From the IMG/VR virus record IMGVR_UViG_3300043446_001144, positions 1 to 64,000 of that record: a stretch of 64,000 nt of DNA; one strand, 5' to 3'. Shown here in pieces: positions 1 to 8,427 of the stretch (position 1 is the stretch's first letter; each line of letters begins with the position of its first letter). The position numbers and the translations under genes were made by a program. The notes under the pieces were generated by a model. It saw only the letters and a list, made by a program, of their open reading frames with translations. It did no database searches and was not told where the DNA came from. This stretch comes from a virus.

Positions 1-95
1 GAATTTCCACCAGCATCTCGATACCCGAATGGCGATTTCTTTTCCTTATACTGAGCAACAAAGTCATCTGCCAATTTGAATGAAAAGTAATTCAT
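1..95 (-). CDS. nrdJ: Class II (B12-dependent) ribonucleotide reductase, 5' end only; runs off the window
   Basis: Hand translation from ATG at 95: MNYFSFKLADDFVAQYKEKKSPFGYRDAGGN, resembling the N-terminus of actinophage NrdJ; GGGG RBS upstream. Only 31 codons are visible. Confidence 0.65.
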   Translation of the reverse strand, partial: MNYFSFKLADDFVAQYKEKKSPFGYRDAGGN

Positions 96-165
96 AAGAC
101 CCCACTATTTCTCTAGTTGATTAAATACCCCTCAGAGGGATGCATATTCTGAATGGCAAAACCCT

Positions 166-202
166 ATCACGCACTTGTTAACTTAATTTAGTTCCAAGAA
201 CA
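166..202 (-). promoter_or_regulatory. Putative nrdJ promoter region just upstream of an extended -10 (TG-A-TAGGGT at 161-169)
   Basis: Minus strand reads gtgATAGGGTttt, the same motif as at 48543-48551. Confidence 0.3.
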
Positions 203-231
203 AAACCACAGGGTAAACCGTGTTTCATGCC

Positions 232-251
232 CTGATAATTGCTGTTATCAG
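232..251. repeat. Inverted repeat CTGATAA-N6-TTATCAG
   Basis: Perfect 7-bp arms immediately after the stop codon of the 500-aa gene. Confidence 0.6.
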
Positions 252-252
252 A

Positions 253-1755
253 TTACTCTTCAATTGATTCAGAGATAATCTTTGTAACTGTGTCTTCTTT
301 AAGGGTCTCTGGTAACTCACGAAGTGCCTGTGCCCTATCTCCAAATATGGCTGAAAGAACTCCACCAGCACTCTGTCTTTGGGCAGTTATTTGAATGAAC
401 TCCTTGTTGGATTCCATTTCCTTGACTTGATTTACTAACTTAAACAGGCGGTCAATCTCCTGTGAAACGTTCGGGTCTGCGTATCCGCCGTTCATTTCTT
501 CGGCAAAACGCATGAACGCTACACGTTGTCCTTGCATCTCAATTATGGCTGTGAGCAGGGCTTTTAGTTGTTCCTTGGTCTTTACTTCTACTGGAAGATT
601 GAAGGCACAAGAGTTATCAGGCTTGAAAGCAGGGCAATTAGCAGCGACAAAGCAAGTGTTGCACTGACGAATTGAACCACTCTGCGTTTGAATGACGGGT
701 ACATCTTTGAGTACGTCTCTCCCATTCTCATCGGTTTCTACTACAGTCTTTACATTAAACCCAAATACAGGCAGATTTTGCATCTCTTCAGGGGCTCGTG
801 GAACCACTCCACTTCGCTCCACTTTCCGCCCTTCCACACCACTGTTATCAGAAAGGTACTCCCCTAATTCCATCAAACCCGACATAAGGGGTGTATCGTT
901 GTTATCAGATACTTCTTCTTTTTTACCGCCCTCAATGATGTGTAAATCGGGTCTCTTCTTATCCATTGACTTCTCCAACTGTAGATACGACCACACGGCA
1001 ACCCTAGTGGCTTCAAGGGTACTATCGTTTATAAACTCTGAATAGTCTAGCCCTGCACCTTCCACAATAGCCTTGTAGCGAGGTCTGGCTTGGTCTTTCA
1101 TCTTCTTGGGATATCTAACTAACTTTGTTCCATCCCAGACGATGGTCTCGCCTCTTCTCATGGGCGATAGCCATGACAATGTGCTGGCTGTGGCAAATGG
1201 TATCTGTCTCAAGTTGTCTGGCTTGGCACATCCGATAGCGTGATACTTGGTACCGAACTGTCTTTCATACGCCCTGGTTATACCGGCTAAGTTAGTTACT
1301 GACTCAATCTCATCGTTAGGTATTGCAATGTTTTTAAATTGTTGCGAAAGTTGTTTTAGATTAAGTAACCCATACTCTTGATGCCAGATTACCCATAGTT
1401 TGGGGTCATTACTGAAAAAGGGACGCTGTTGCTCTACCCATTCTTGGCCCAAAACTTGTGAATCAAATTCTTGAAAGGCTGCGGCTCTATCAGCATTATT
1501 GACCAAAAACTCTTGGTAATCGGCGGCAAGGTCTAGTAACTCTTGTTTGGACAGACCGGATTTGTCTGCTTGATATGCGCCAGACTCAATGTAAACTTTT
1601 GCAGAGTCGTCAAAATGTTCAGATATAAGCCATATCTTTGTTTTGGGCAGTCCTCGTTTGCGTAATCCCCAGTAATTAAGGCCCATGGCAGTAATTGAGA
1701 GGTCTTCAAGCAGAGTTCTGTTACTGCCTACTTCTGTTCCAGAAAATATGAGCAT
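253..1755 (-). CDS. TGT/DpdA-like TIM-barrel protein with degenerate motifs, fused to a Cys-cluster C-terminal domain
   Basis: VYIESGAY (cf. DSGAF), WVIWH, YHAIG, PFATASTLSW (cf. SVDSTSW); C-terminal CxxC-x5-CP-x7-C. ATG at 1755 overlaps the upstream TGA. Confidence 0.55.
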   Translation of the reverse strand: MLIFSGTEVGSNRTLLEDLSITAMGLNYWGLRKRGLPKTKIWLISEHFDDSAKVYIESGAYQADKSGLSKQELLDLAADYQEFLVNNADRAAAFQEFDSQVLGQEWVEQQRPFFSNDPKLWVIWHQEYGLLNLKQLSQQFKNIAIPNDEIESVTNLAGITRAYERQFGTKYHAIGCAKPDNLRQIPFATASTLSWLSPMRRGETIVWDGTKLVRYPKKMKDQARPRYKAIVEGAGLDYSEFINDSTLEATRVAVWSYLQLEKSMDKKRPDLHIIEGGKKEEVSDNNDTPLMSGLMELGEYLSDNSGVEGRKVERSGVVPRAPEEMQNLPVFGFNVKTVVETDENGRDVLKDVPVIQTQSGSIRQCNTCFVAANCPAFKPDNSCAFNLPVEVKTKEQLKALLTAIIEMQGQRVAFMRFAEEMNGGYADPNVSQEIDRLFKLVNQVKEMESNKEFIQITAQRQSAGGVLSAIFGDRAQALRELPETLKEDTVTKIISESIEE

Positions 1756-2240
1756 CAATCATCCCAAAGTGTTGCGTCTTTAGGCTGTGCTGCATATTTT
1801 GATTTAGCAATGTTAACTTTTGTAATAGAGTCTTCAATATCTGACCATTTGCGAACCTTGCTTGGCGCATCAGGACGATGCTCTATTGGCAAATAACTTG
1901 GGTTACTTACCAGTAACGTAGGGATACCTTGTTCCATTACCCATGCGCACATAGAGGGGTCAGAGTCCACGTAGAGTTCTACAGGCGCTTTTTGACGACT
2001 AAGAGTGAACTGACGCTTCTTTAAGTCATCCCCAGCCAGTTCCACCACGTTATCGAGCAAATCATCAAACCCAATAATTCCATGAGAGTTTAACCAATGT
2101 TTTGCATTGGCAGAATCATCTTTTGTAATAAGGGCTACACGATGAAGGTTGTTTAGTGCGTAATAAACCAGAACTCCTGTGCGATTTGGTTCTCCAGATT
2201 CCGCCCTAAGTACCCCGTCTAATGAAAGAATTATATTCAA
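1755..2240 (-). CDS. HAD-superfamily (PNKP phosphatase-like) protein, nucleophile Asp apparently replaced by Ser
   Basis: IILSLDGVL (cf. DxDGVL), LIT, K, YVDSD motifs; TTG start. Confidence 0.6.
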   Translation of the reverse strand: MNIILSLDGVLRAESGEPNRTGVLVYYALNNLHRVALITKDDSANAKHWLNSHGIIGFDDLLDNVVELAGDDLKKRQFTLSRQKAPVELYVDSDPSMCAWVMEQGIPTLLVSNPSYLPIEHRPDAPSKVRKWSDIEDSITKVNIAKSKYAAQPKDATLWDD

Positions 2241-2241
2241 A

Positions 2242-3171
2242 CTATTCCTTTACTCTGTAAGTTGCCGCTCTACGAATAAGTGTTTGTGTGTCTGGCAGTT
2301 CTACTCCGTAAGTCTCAAGCGCCTGTTCTTCTTCTTGTCCTTTTAGGTAATCATGCATCTGTCGGAGCGCAGGAACAGTGCCATACTTTTTACCAGCCTG
2401 CCATCTATAATTATAAAAATCATCATAACCTTTTCCAAACTCTGTAAAGGCAAGTTTACGAGAGCGATGAATATCGTCAAACAACATTGAACCCTGCTGC
2501 AGAGCACTATGTAGTTTGAACTCAGCATTACGTCGTGCTGCATCATTAGGTGCAGCCTTAACTTCAGTTAATGCCTTTGAGTAACGTGTGACGATATCTA
2601 TAGCCATGGAGCGGTCACGTTGTGCAGCCTTCTCCCATGCAGCATTGCGTGGGGCAGAAGTTCTGCGTGGGAACACAGTCCACTCGTTATACTTCAAATC
2701 ATATGCAGCATAAGGATTAATGCTACGAATATCTGTAGCACCAGGGTTCACATAGAACGTAACCTCAAAGCCATGCCAGTTAGTTGTCTCTGGTTGTAGA
2801 TACTCACGAAAATCTTCATTAAGCATCTTGCTAATTTCTGTGTCAGATAGCCCCACATACTCAGGATGCGCTTTGCGGAATTGAACATAATCAACGCCAA
2901 TGAGAACGTCAAGGTCTCCTGGGTCACGATGTGCTGCCCATTGGAATGAAACTGCAGAGCCTGCAATCCATGCATGAGCCCAAAGGTCTGGGTGTCGGTA
3001 TTGCTCATTCAAGAAACCAAACAGTAATTGCAGAATGCCGTTACGCACCCAACCTTTGAGAACTGTGCCAGTAAATAACTGGGGGTCTAGTTCTTCTTCA
3101 GGTTGAGAGAAGTAGGAGGTAGAGCCGCGTTGAATTTCAACGGGCTGCTCTAGACCAAACTGGCTTTCCAT
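2242..3171 (-). CDS. Pol-beta superfamily nucleotidyltransferase
   Basis: IAGSAVS...GDLDVLI (GS plus DxD), third acidic residue in FEVTFY; helical C-terminus. Confidence 0.7.
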   Translation of the reverse strand: MESQFGLEQPVEIQRGSTSYFSQPEEELDPQLFTGTVLKGWVRNGILQLLFGFLNEQYRHPDLWAHAWIAGSAVSFQWAAHRDPGDLDVLIGVDYVQFRKAHPEYVGLSDTEISKMLNEDFREYLQPETTNWHGFEVTFYVNPGATDIRSINPYAAYDLKYNEWTVFPRRTSAPRNAAWEKAAQRDRSMAIDIVTRYSKALTEVKAAPNDAARRNAEFKLHSALQQGSMLFDDIHRSRKLAFTEFGKGYDDFYNYRWQAGKKYGTVPALRQMHDYLKGQEEEQALETYGVELPDTQTLIRRAATYRVKE

Positions 3172-3177
3172 ATACCT

Positions 3178-3183
3178 AGTCTA
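3178..3183 (-). promoter_or_regulatory. -10 box of a leaderless transcript (TAGACT-N6-ATG)
   Basis: 6-nt spacer to ATG 3171; no SD. Confidence 0.55.
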
Positions 3184-3190
3184 TGTCTAT

Positions 3191-3541
3191 TTATGCGTTA
3201 GGTGTCTCTATGCCTCTGTTACTCAAGGCTGAAATTAACTTTTCTCTAAGTTCTTTAGAGGTATCTGCAGGCTTTAAAGACTCAACTACAGACTTTGCAA
3301 CACGTTCTGCCAGCAATTGAGACTCGATGTCATTAACTAAGTCTTTACAGGTTGAATAGACATCAAAAGTATTCGCAAGTCTCTCAATACTATCGGATGG
3401 CTGAAAGATTTGTGTTTGGATAGACCCGTCGTTGTCTACAATTACAGTATAAGCGTATTGAATTGGTTTACGCCTATCTTCTGGTCTACCAAGGTCTTCC
3501 CAAGCCTTTTCTTTTTCATTTGGGTCAATTATTTGGTCCAT
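3191..3541 (-). CDS. Hypothetical protein
   Basis: TAATG-coupled ORF, 116 aa. Confidence 0.75.
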   Translation of the reverse strand: MDQIIDPNEKEKAWEDLGRPEDRRKPIQYAYTVIVDNDGSIQTQIFQPSDSIERLANTFDVYSTCKDLVNDIESQLLAERVAKSVVESLKPADTSKELREKLISALSNRGIETPNA

Positions 3542-4092
3542 TAAATCATCCCCATAAGTTTTTGTTTACGTTCCGCTACCTTTACTGCTACGGGACAAAA
3601 GTCACATAGGTAAGTTTTTACTCCAGGAGCACTTTCGTAACTATCTAAACCTTCTTTACGACGTTCTTTAATAGTGTTGGGTATTAGCATCCTGTCAGAA
3701 TGGTGCCAATCACTACACCCATCTTTTGGTTTGTTATGCGCTTGATAGCATTTCATCGCATCTTCCATGAAAGTAGAACGGGTATCGTAAAAAGTGTCAT
3801 CAATTTCTGCAAGGCCTTTAGAGCCGCCTTGTCTTATTTGACGAATAGCATCTTTACGAGTCTCAGCGTCACGCCATGCATCTACTGGGATATCTACAAA
3901 AAGATTACCTTTGTGAGGTTCTCCAGACTCAAAAGTGTGTCGTTCACAGGCAACAGCAAGAAGGTAATCTTGGTCTGAAGGTCCTTCAAAAGGTGGGAGT
4001 TCTTCAAGGGTGTCACACACCCAACAATGCAAAAGACGAAAAGTTTTCTTTTTATCGACAGGTTTAGACCCGATTAGTGGAACGTTACTCAT
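3541..4092 (-). CDS. Hypothetical Zn-binding protein
   Basis: CWVC, CERH, CYQAH...C and CDFC motifs; GGAG RBS. Confidence 0.7.
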   Translation of the reverse strand: MSNVPLIGSKPVDKKKTFRLLHCWVCDTLEELPPFEGPSDQDYLLAVACERHTFESGEPHKGNLFVDIPVDAWRDAETRKDAIRQIRQGGSKGLAEIDDTFYDTRSTFMEDAMKCYQAHNKPKDGCSDWHHSDRMLIPNTIKERRKEGLDSYESAPGVKTYLCDFCPVAVKVAERKQKLMGMI

Positions 4093-4100
4093 AGTGCTCC

Positions 4101-4286
4101 TTATGCTGCGACAGTTAGTTTGCGATGACCTTGGTCATGCCCCAATCTATCAGTTCTTTTAAGGGAATATCCACAACAGGACTTGCCCTTCTTTTTATTG
4201 ACTTTTGGATTCTTTTTCATAGCCTTACCACTGCGACGATTTGAGTTACGTTCGCCGCCTCCCTTTCCGCCCTTACGTTTAGCCAT
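4101..4286 (-). CDS. Small basic protein
   Basis: 61 aa, K/R/G-rich, CC and H-x3-H motifs; overlaps upstream stop. Confidence 0.65.
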   Translation of the reverse strand: MAKRKGGKGGGERNSNRRSGKAMKKNPKVNKKKGKSCCGYSLKRTDRLGHDQGHRKLTVAA

Positions 4287-4665
4287 TTAGTTTTTCTAAC
4301 GGTATACCTTGATTGACTGATTGTTTTGCTGCACGCTTTGCAGCACGCTCTTCCATCTTAACCTCACGGGCACTCTTAACGCCAATCGCGCCACGCACAA
4401 TGCTCTGGTGCTTGCCAGTAGTTGGACTATGAGAAACGTCTGGATAGAACCATCCACCTTCGTGATGAACAGCAATAGGTGTCTGGTAAGACATAACTGT
4501 ATAAGAAGGATTCTTCAATCCCTTAATTTGTTCAGAAAATTGAGTTCCTGACAACCATCCATGTGATGGAGGAGCGCCCTCGATACCACGCATACTTGAA
4601 CCCTGAAATGGCACACGTCCAGAGATTAATGGTCCTGCACCTCTATTAGAAGTTCTTTTTGCCAT
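4279..4665 (-). CDS. Hypothetical phage protein (SYxTPIA...SxTTxKHQ type)
   Basis: YTVMSYQTPIA...W...HSPTTGKHQ pattern; operonic. Confidence 0.6.
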   Translation of the reverse strand: MAKRTSNRGAGPLISGRVPFQGSSMRGIEGAPPSHGWLSGTQFSEQIKGLKNPSYTVMSYQTPIAVHHEGGWFYPDVSHSPTTGKHQSIVRGAIGVKSAREVKMEERAAKRAAKQSVNQGIPLEKLNG

Positions 4666-4667
4666 GA

Positions 4668-4820
4668 TTAAAACCCTAACTCAACAGCGCAAGACTGACA
4701 AACTCTGCCTTGTCCTGCGTAATCCATTGCTCCTTTTTTTCCACAATTATCGCACTTCCAGTTAGGATTATCACTAACTTTGCGTTTTGGGTCATTAGCA
4801 CGGTCTGGAACGTTTGCCAT
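4668..4820 (-). CDS. 50-aa Zn-ribbon microprotein (absent from ORF track)
   Basis: Hand translation MANVPDRANDPKRKVSDNPNWKCDNCGKKGAMDYAGQGRVCQSCAVELGF; fills the gap with 2-nt spacing on both sides. Confidence 0.75.
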   Translation of the reverse strand: MANVPDRANDPKRKVSDNPNWKCDNCGKKGAMDYAGQGRVCQSCAVELGF

Positions 4821-4822
4821 GA

Positions 4823-5026
4823 TTACTTACCTGGATTTACCTTATTTGGATATTCAGTAGTAATAAATCCATATCCATAGAATGGGTGTAGAGACTGACG
4901 ATTAGCCTCAGTTGCTGAGGTGTTCATCGCATTCTCTTCTGTATCTGGGCGAACTTTACGGTACTTGCCGTCTGTCGCTCCATCATTGAGAGACTTGTTC
5001 ATCGAACGAGATGAGTTGACTGCCAT
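4823..5026 (-). CDS. Hypothetical protein
   Basis: Abuts neighbouring ORFs; 67 aa. Confidence 0.7.
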   Translation of the reverse strand: MAVNSSRSMNKSLNDGATDGKYRKVRPDTEENAMNTSATEANRQSLHPFYGYGFITTEYPNKVNPGK

Positions 5027-5320
5027 TTACTTGCCTTTCTTTAATTCTGCATCGATAGCAGCGCGGTTTTCTTTCACTGTTTTTGCATTACTGGAACCTG
5101 TGCCCATCATCATTCCACCAATTTTTTTGCTTAACTTAGATGGAGACTTTTTAGTGGCCTTAATTGAATTGGCGCGTCCAACAGCAAGTACGTTTGCTCG
5201 TGCTGTGTAATCTTTCATTGTGCGTTTTTTATTAGCACCAGGAAGGTTCAATCCATATGTATGCACTGCGGTATCTGGGTTAGGTAGTCCACGGGTTTTA
5301 CGACGGTCGTTGAATAGCAT
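5027..5320 (-). CDS. Basic hypothetical protein
   Basis: TAATG coupling; GGAG RBS. Confidence 0.7.
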   Translation of the reverse strand: MLFNDRRKTRGLPNPDTAVHTYGLNLPGANKKRTMKDYTARANVLAVGRANSIKATKKSPSKLSKKIGGMMMGTGSSNAKTVKENRAAIDAELKKGK

Positions 5321-5523
5321 TAGGCCATCTTCTCCTTTGCTCTTTGAGCACGTCTTTGAGTCACACAGTTAAGGCAATGACCCTGATTTGCTAGAAATTC
5401 TACAGGGTTCATAACGACCCCACAGGTCGGACACGCAGAAGAACCGTTATAAAGGGTGGCATTGTCGGCTATCTTTTTAGCCTGAAGTTCCATGATTAAT
5501 GCGCCATCGCCGTCGTCAGCCAC
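5320..5523 (-). CDS. Small Zn-ribbon protein
   Basis: CPTC...CLNC; TAGTG coupling. Confidence 0.7.
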   Translation of the reverse strand: MADDGDGALIMELQAKKIADNATLYNGSSACPTCGVVMNPVEFLANQGHCLNCVTQRRAQRAKEKMA

Positions 5524-5882
5524 TATTCACTTCCTAACGTGTTTCTAGATGCACCAGTGTATCCCGAAGGGCTTCCTGAGTACCATGAAATACGTGGCTC
5601 TACATAGTTTCTATCTACTGTAACAACATCGTCAATGCCAGTAGCACGACGGTCATACCCATAACGGTCTGGGAATAGCCTAATCTGTGGCAAAGGAGGT
5701 CTAACCATCTGCGATATTTCAGCAGCAGGTATGGTTGCAACCATAAGAGCCTGTGAGGTTAGTCGTTCCATATTGCTTGACCATGGTCCGTTGTATTGCC
5801 AACGCTTTGCTACTTGGTCAGGCTGTACAGGTGCTCGCCATGGTTTTGTGTAATCGTATACTCCGTCATATTTTTGTGTCAT
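5523..5882 (-). CDS. Hypothetical protein
   Basis: ATGA overlap; GAGG RBS. Confidence 0.7.
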   Translation of the reverse strand: MTQKYDGVYDYTKPWRAPVQPDQVAKRWQYNGPWSSNMERLTSQALMVATIPAAEISQMVRPPLPQIRLFPDRYGYDRRATGIDDVVTVDRNYVEPRISWYSGSPSGYTGASRNTLGSE

Positions 5883-6538
5883 AGCGCACCTCTATGTGCT
5901 ACCCAGGAAATTGCTTGTGTCTTATTTGGAACTGGTTCTCCCAATTCTTGTGATGCATGCTTATAAGCCTGAACGAAATGTTGATAACGACCAAGTGCTG
6001 AAAGACCTATGTCAGGCGACATCTTTCCTCCACCACCACGTGGTGTGGTCTTTCTTCCTGTGCCTACAAATGGATGACCCATCGCAATGTCGTATGCGTG
6101 GCGGTCAACTGTTACGTGTTCTGGATTGCTGGGGTCATGAATGTTTTCAAAAAAACTACGAACCTTATGCCCACCCAATACTTCGTGTGGGTCTTCTCCA
6201 GCCATAATGCGATGTGCTTTTTCAACATTCTGTGGAATGAGAGCGTTAGAAACGTATCCAGTCTTTTTCATTTCATGTGCTTGTTGAACGTTTCTATCCC
6301 AGTCTGTAAGAGGAGATAGTGCTGCAATAATTCCAGCGCCTTTTCTCACATCTCCACTACCAACTTTTTTGGCTTCTTCATGGGCTTTTTCATACCATTT
6401 AGAGCCGCCTTCTTTTAATTCTTTAGTTGCCTCATCGTGTTTTTTTAAAATATTTTGAACATGAGTATGAAACTGTGCTTGAGCAAGGTTCTTATCAAAA
6501 CGACCATGTTCGTTAACTCCAAAAAATTTTGTTGTCAT
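5879..6538 (-). CDS. HhH DNA-glycosylase-like fold protein (DUF7178-like)
   Basis: WY...IIAALSP..W..N...KVRSF..NI...VTVDRHAY...QAISWV pattern; start moved to ATG 6538 (TAATG overlap). Confidence 0.5.
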   Translation of the reverse strand: MTTKFFGVNEHGRFDKNLAQAQFHTHVQNILKKHDEATKELKEGGSKWYEKAHEEAKKVGSGDVRKGAGIIAALSPLTDWDRNVQQAHEMKKTGYVSNALIPQNVEKAHRIMAGEDPHEVLGGHKVRSFFENIHDPSNPEHVTVDRHAYDIAMGHPFVGTGRKTTPRGGGGKMSPDIGLSALGRYQHFVQAYKHASQELGEPVPNKTQAISWVAHRGAL

Positions 6539-7071
6539 TATCGCCACGCAGGTTTCAAATAAGCCAACATATTCTGACGACGAGTATCAATCTCACCTGG
6601 AGCATCTGATACAAGGTTCGACTTGCCATCATTTACAAGATGCGGTGCAGGAGTTAGTTGTGTCTGTGGAGCAAAACGTGCTGCACGATACACTGTTGCA
6701 CCACGGCTGGCATCTGGCACTGCACGCATTTGACGTTGAATGCCCATGTCAGGATTAAACTCTTGAGGCCAGAAGTACATCGATGGCTCAATGCGTTCAC
6801 CCTTGTGAACACCGCGTTGATAAGACTTTTGATTAACGCGAGATTTAATGCTGTCAAGAAGTCTGTCATCACGACGAGAACGAATCGTTCCTAGATAACC
6901 GTCTGGATACTCTGCAGATGGAACACGGCCCACACCGATACGCAGAGCGTCCATGGTGTCATGTGCAACAGGAGTACCTGCACCACCTTGGTTGTTGTAA
7001 CCCGCAAATCCTCCGCCACCTAATGATTGCCAGTTCTGACTAGCAGAGAAGTTATTAGCACCTGTTGGCAT
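6538..7071 (-). CDS. Hypothetical protein (PSAEYPDGYLGTI...YQRGVHKGERI core)
   Basis: Coupled ORF, 177 aa. Confidence 0.75.
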   Translation of the reverse strand: MPTGANNFSASQNWQSLGGGGFAGYNNQGGAGTPVAHDTMDALRIGVGRVPSAEYPDGYLGTIRSRRDDRLLDSIKSRVNQKSYQRGVHKGERIEPSMYFWPQEFNPDMGIQRQMRAVPDASRGATVYRAARFAPQTQLTPAPHLVNDGKSNLVSDAPGEIDTRRQNMLAYLKPAWR

Positions 7072-7691
7072 TAACTTCTCCTGGCTTTGATTGCTGCTAC
7101 ATCCTTATCCATCTCTGCAAGGGCTGCTTCACGCTTCTTTTTGCTCATTTTGCTGCGTGATTTCCATTCTTCTTCTTTTTTGCCATAAGACTCAGCAACC
7201 ATTTTTGCACGTGGATTATCTGTTCTAAAACCACGTTCATCTTCAAATCTGGTAGGCAAAGTCTTACCTGCTCCTGCTGCATAAACTCCAAGTTGGTTTT
7301 GTTTCATACCTCTGCGTAGTCCTTCGGACAATGAAGAAACACGGTCAGAAATATCTAAATAAGTTTTACCACTCTCAGTATCCGTCCAAACTCCTTGATG
7401 AATATTTGACTTTTCTTTTGCGGTTGGCATGCGAGCAGTACCGTGTTCTGTTGGGAATACTTTTGTAGCAACATCTTTGGTTTCATGAAAGTGTGCTGCT
7501 GCTTCTTCAACATCAAATGGCTTGGAAGAAACACTCTCTACTCCGCCACCTGCCTCAACAGGGATGCGAGGGTCACGAGAAACGTAATAACCGCCACGCT
7601 TGCCTTTCTTACCTGTTGCGTACTCACGAGATGCGCCATAACTTTGCGCAAATTGTGCATGACTAAGGACAGGTCGGTTATCTTCAGACAC
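7071..7691 (-). CDS. Hypothetical protein
   Basis: Likely GTG start at 7691 overlapping the upstream stop; GVW...TYLDIS core. Confidence 0.65.
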   Translation of the reverse strand: MSEDNRPVLSHAQFAQSYGASREYATGKKGKRGGYYVSRDPRIPVEAGGGVESVSSKPFDVEEAAAHFHETKDVATKVFPTEHGTARMPTAKEKSNIHQGVWTDTESGKTYLDISDRVSSLSEGLRRGMKQNQLGVYAAGAGKTLPTRFEDERGFRTDNPRAKMVAESYGKKEEEWKSRSKMSKKKREAALAEMDKDVAAIKARRS

Positions 7692-7926
7692 TCTTACCCA
7701 TTCCCTTATCAGATTGTGGAATGGTTGGACTATTGTCATCGTCCCATTTAAATGTAGAACCAGAACTTCTTTTTGAATATGGGAGAGGACGTCCTTTACC
7801 CATTTCACGAGTTCTCCATGCAGTTGATTGAGCGTAAGTCCCTGCAGTAGATGACCCCAAAGATACAGGAGTATCAAAGGACTGCGAAGAATCTACGTTA
7901 CCAAACTGTGAGGCTGAATTTGGCAC
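7684..7926 (-). CDS. Small Ser/Gly-rich hypothetical protein
   Basis: AAGGAA RBS with GTG start. Confidence 0.65.
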   Translation of the reverse strand: MPNSASQFGNVDSSQSFDTPVSLGSSTAGTYAQSTAWRTREMGKGRPLPYSKRSSGSTFKWDDDNSPTIPQSDKGMGKSV

Positions 7927-7937
7927 AGTTGTTTCCT

Positions 7938-8390
7938 TTAGTTTGACATCCCGTAATTAAAATCTTTTGATTGACGACCTGTTGAAGATGGAACAATCTT
8001 TGCATTAGCCATTGTTGCTGCTGCTTCAGCAGAATGAACTGCTGGAAACTTTGCACCAATAACATAGCGTGCACCCATGCGCTCGGACTGTGCTGCATTT
8101 CCTGCAGAAACATTCTTGCGGTTTGCTTTGTTTGCAATTGTTGGGTCGCCAGCCTGCGTGTTCTTCTTAGGCATTAGTTTGCCCTTGAGAGGCTTTGCAC
8201 TAACATTGGTAACACCTGAGTAGTCCATGCCTACATAACGGCGTGGGCTTGCAGAGTGTGCTGCAGATGCAAGAACTTCTTCTGGGGTATCAATATTTCT
8301 GTTTTTCATGTTACCTGCCGATTCTGAGTGGCTTGAGGGGATGCCCATGCGACGACGCATTGCATGACCCATGTCTGACCAAGTTGCCAT
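7938..8390 (-). CDS. Low-complexity basic hypothetical protein
   Basis: AAGGGAG RBS; first gene after the putative promoter at 8414. Confidence 0.75.
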   Translation of the reverse strand: MATWSDMGHAMRRRMGIPSSHSESAGNMKNRNIDTPEEVLASAAHSASPRRYVGMDYSGVTNVSAKPLKGKLMPKKNTQAGDPTIANKANRKNVSAGNAAQSERMGARYVIGAKFPAVHSAEAAATMANAKIVPSSTGRQSKDFNYGMSN

Positions 8391-8413
8391 AAATAACTCC
8401 CTTGCTTAACCCA

Positions 8414-8419
8414 AGGATA
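8414..8419 (-). promoter_or_regulatory. Putative -10 box TATCCT
   Basis: The same hexamer precedes the gene at 42498 (42563-42568). Confidence 0.35.
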
Positions 8420-8427
8420 AGCCTGTT

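Noticed and set aside
96-252. Cobalamin riboswitch or NrdR box upstream of nrdJ
   Set aside because: No B12-box or NrdR palindrome recognisable by eye, and the predicted leader is only about 60 nt; an Rfam scan would settle it.
253-1755. Canonical 7-deazaguanine (dpdA/que) DNA modification pathway
   Set aside because: Catalytic Asp motifs appear altered and no queC/D/E or folE is in the window, although they could lie elsewhere in the genome.
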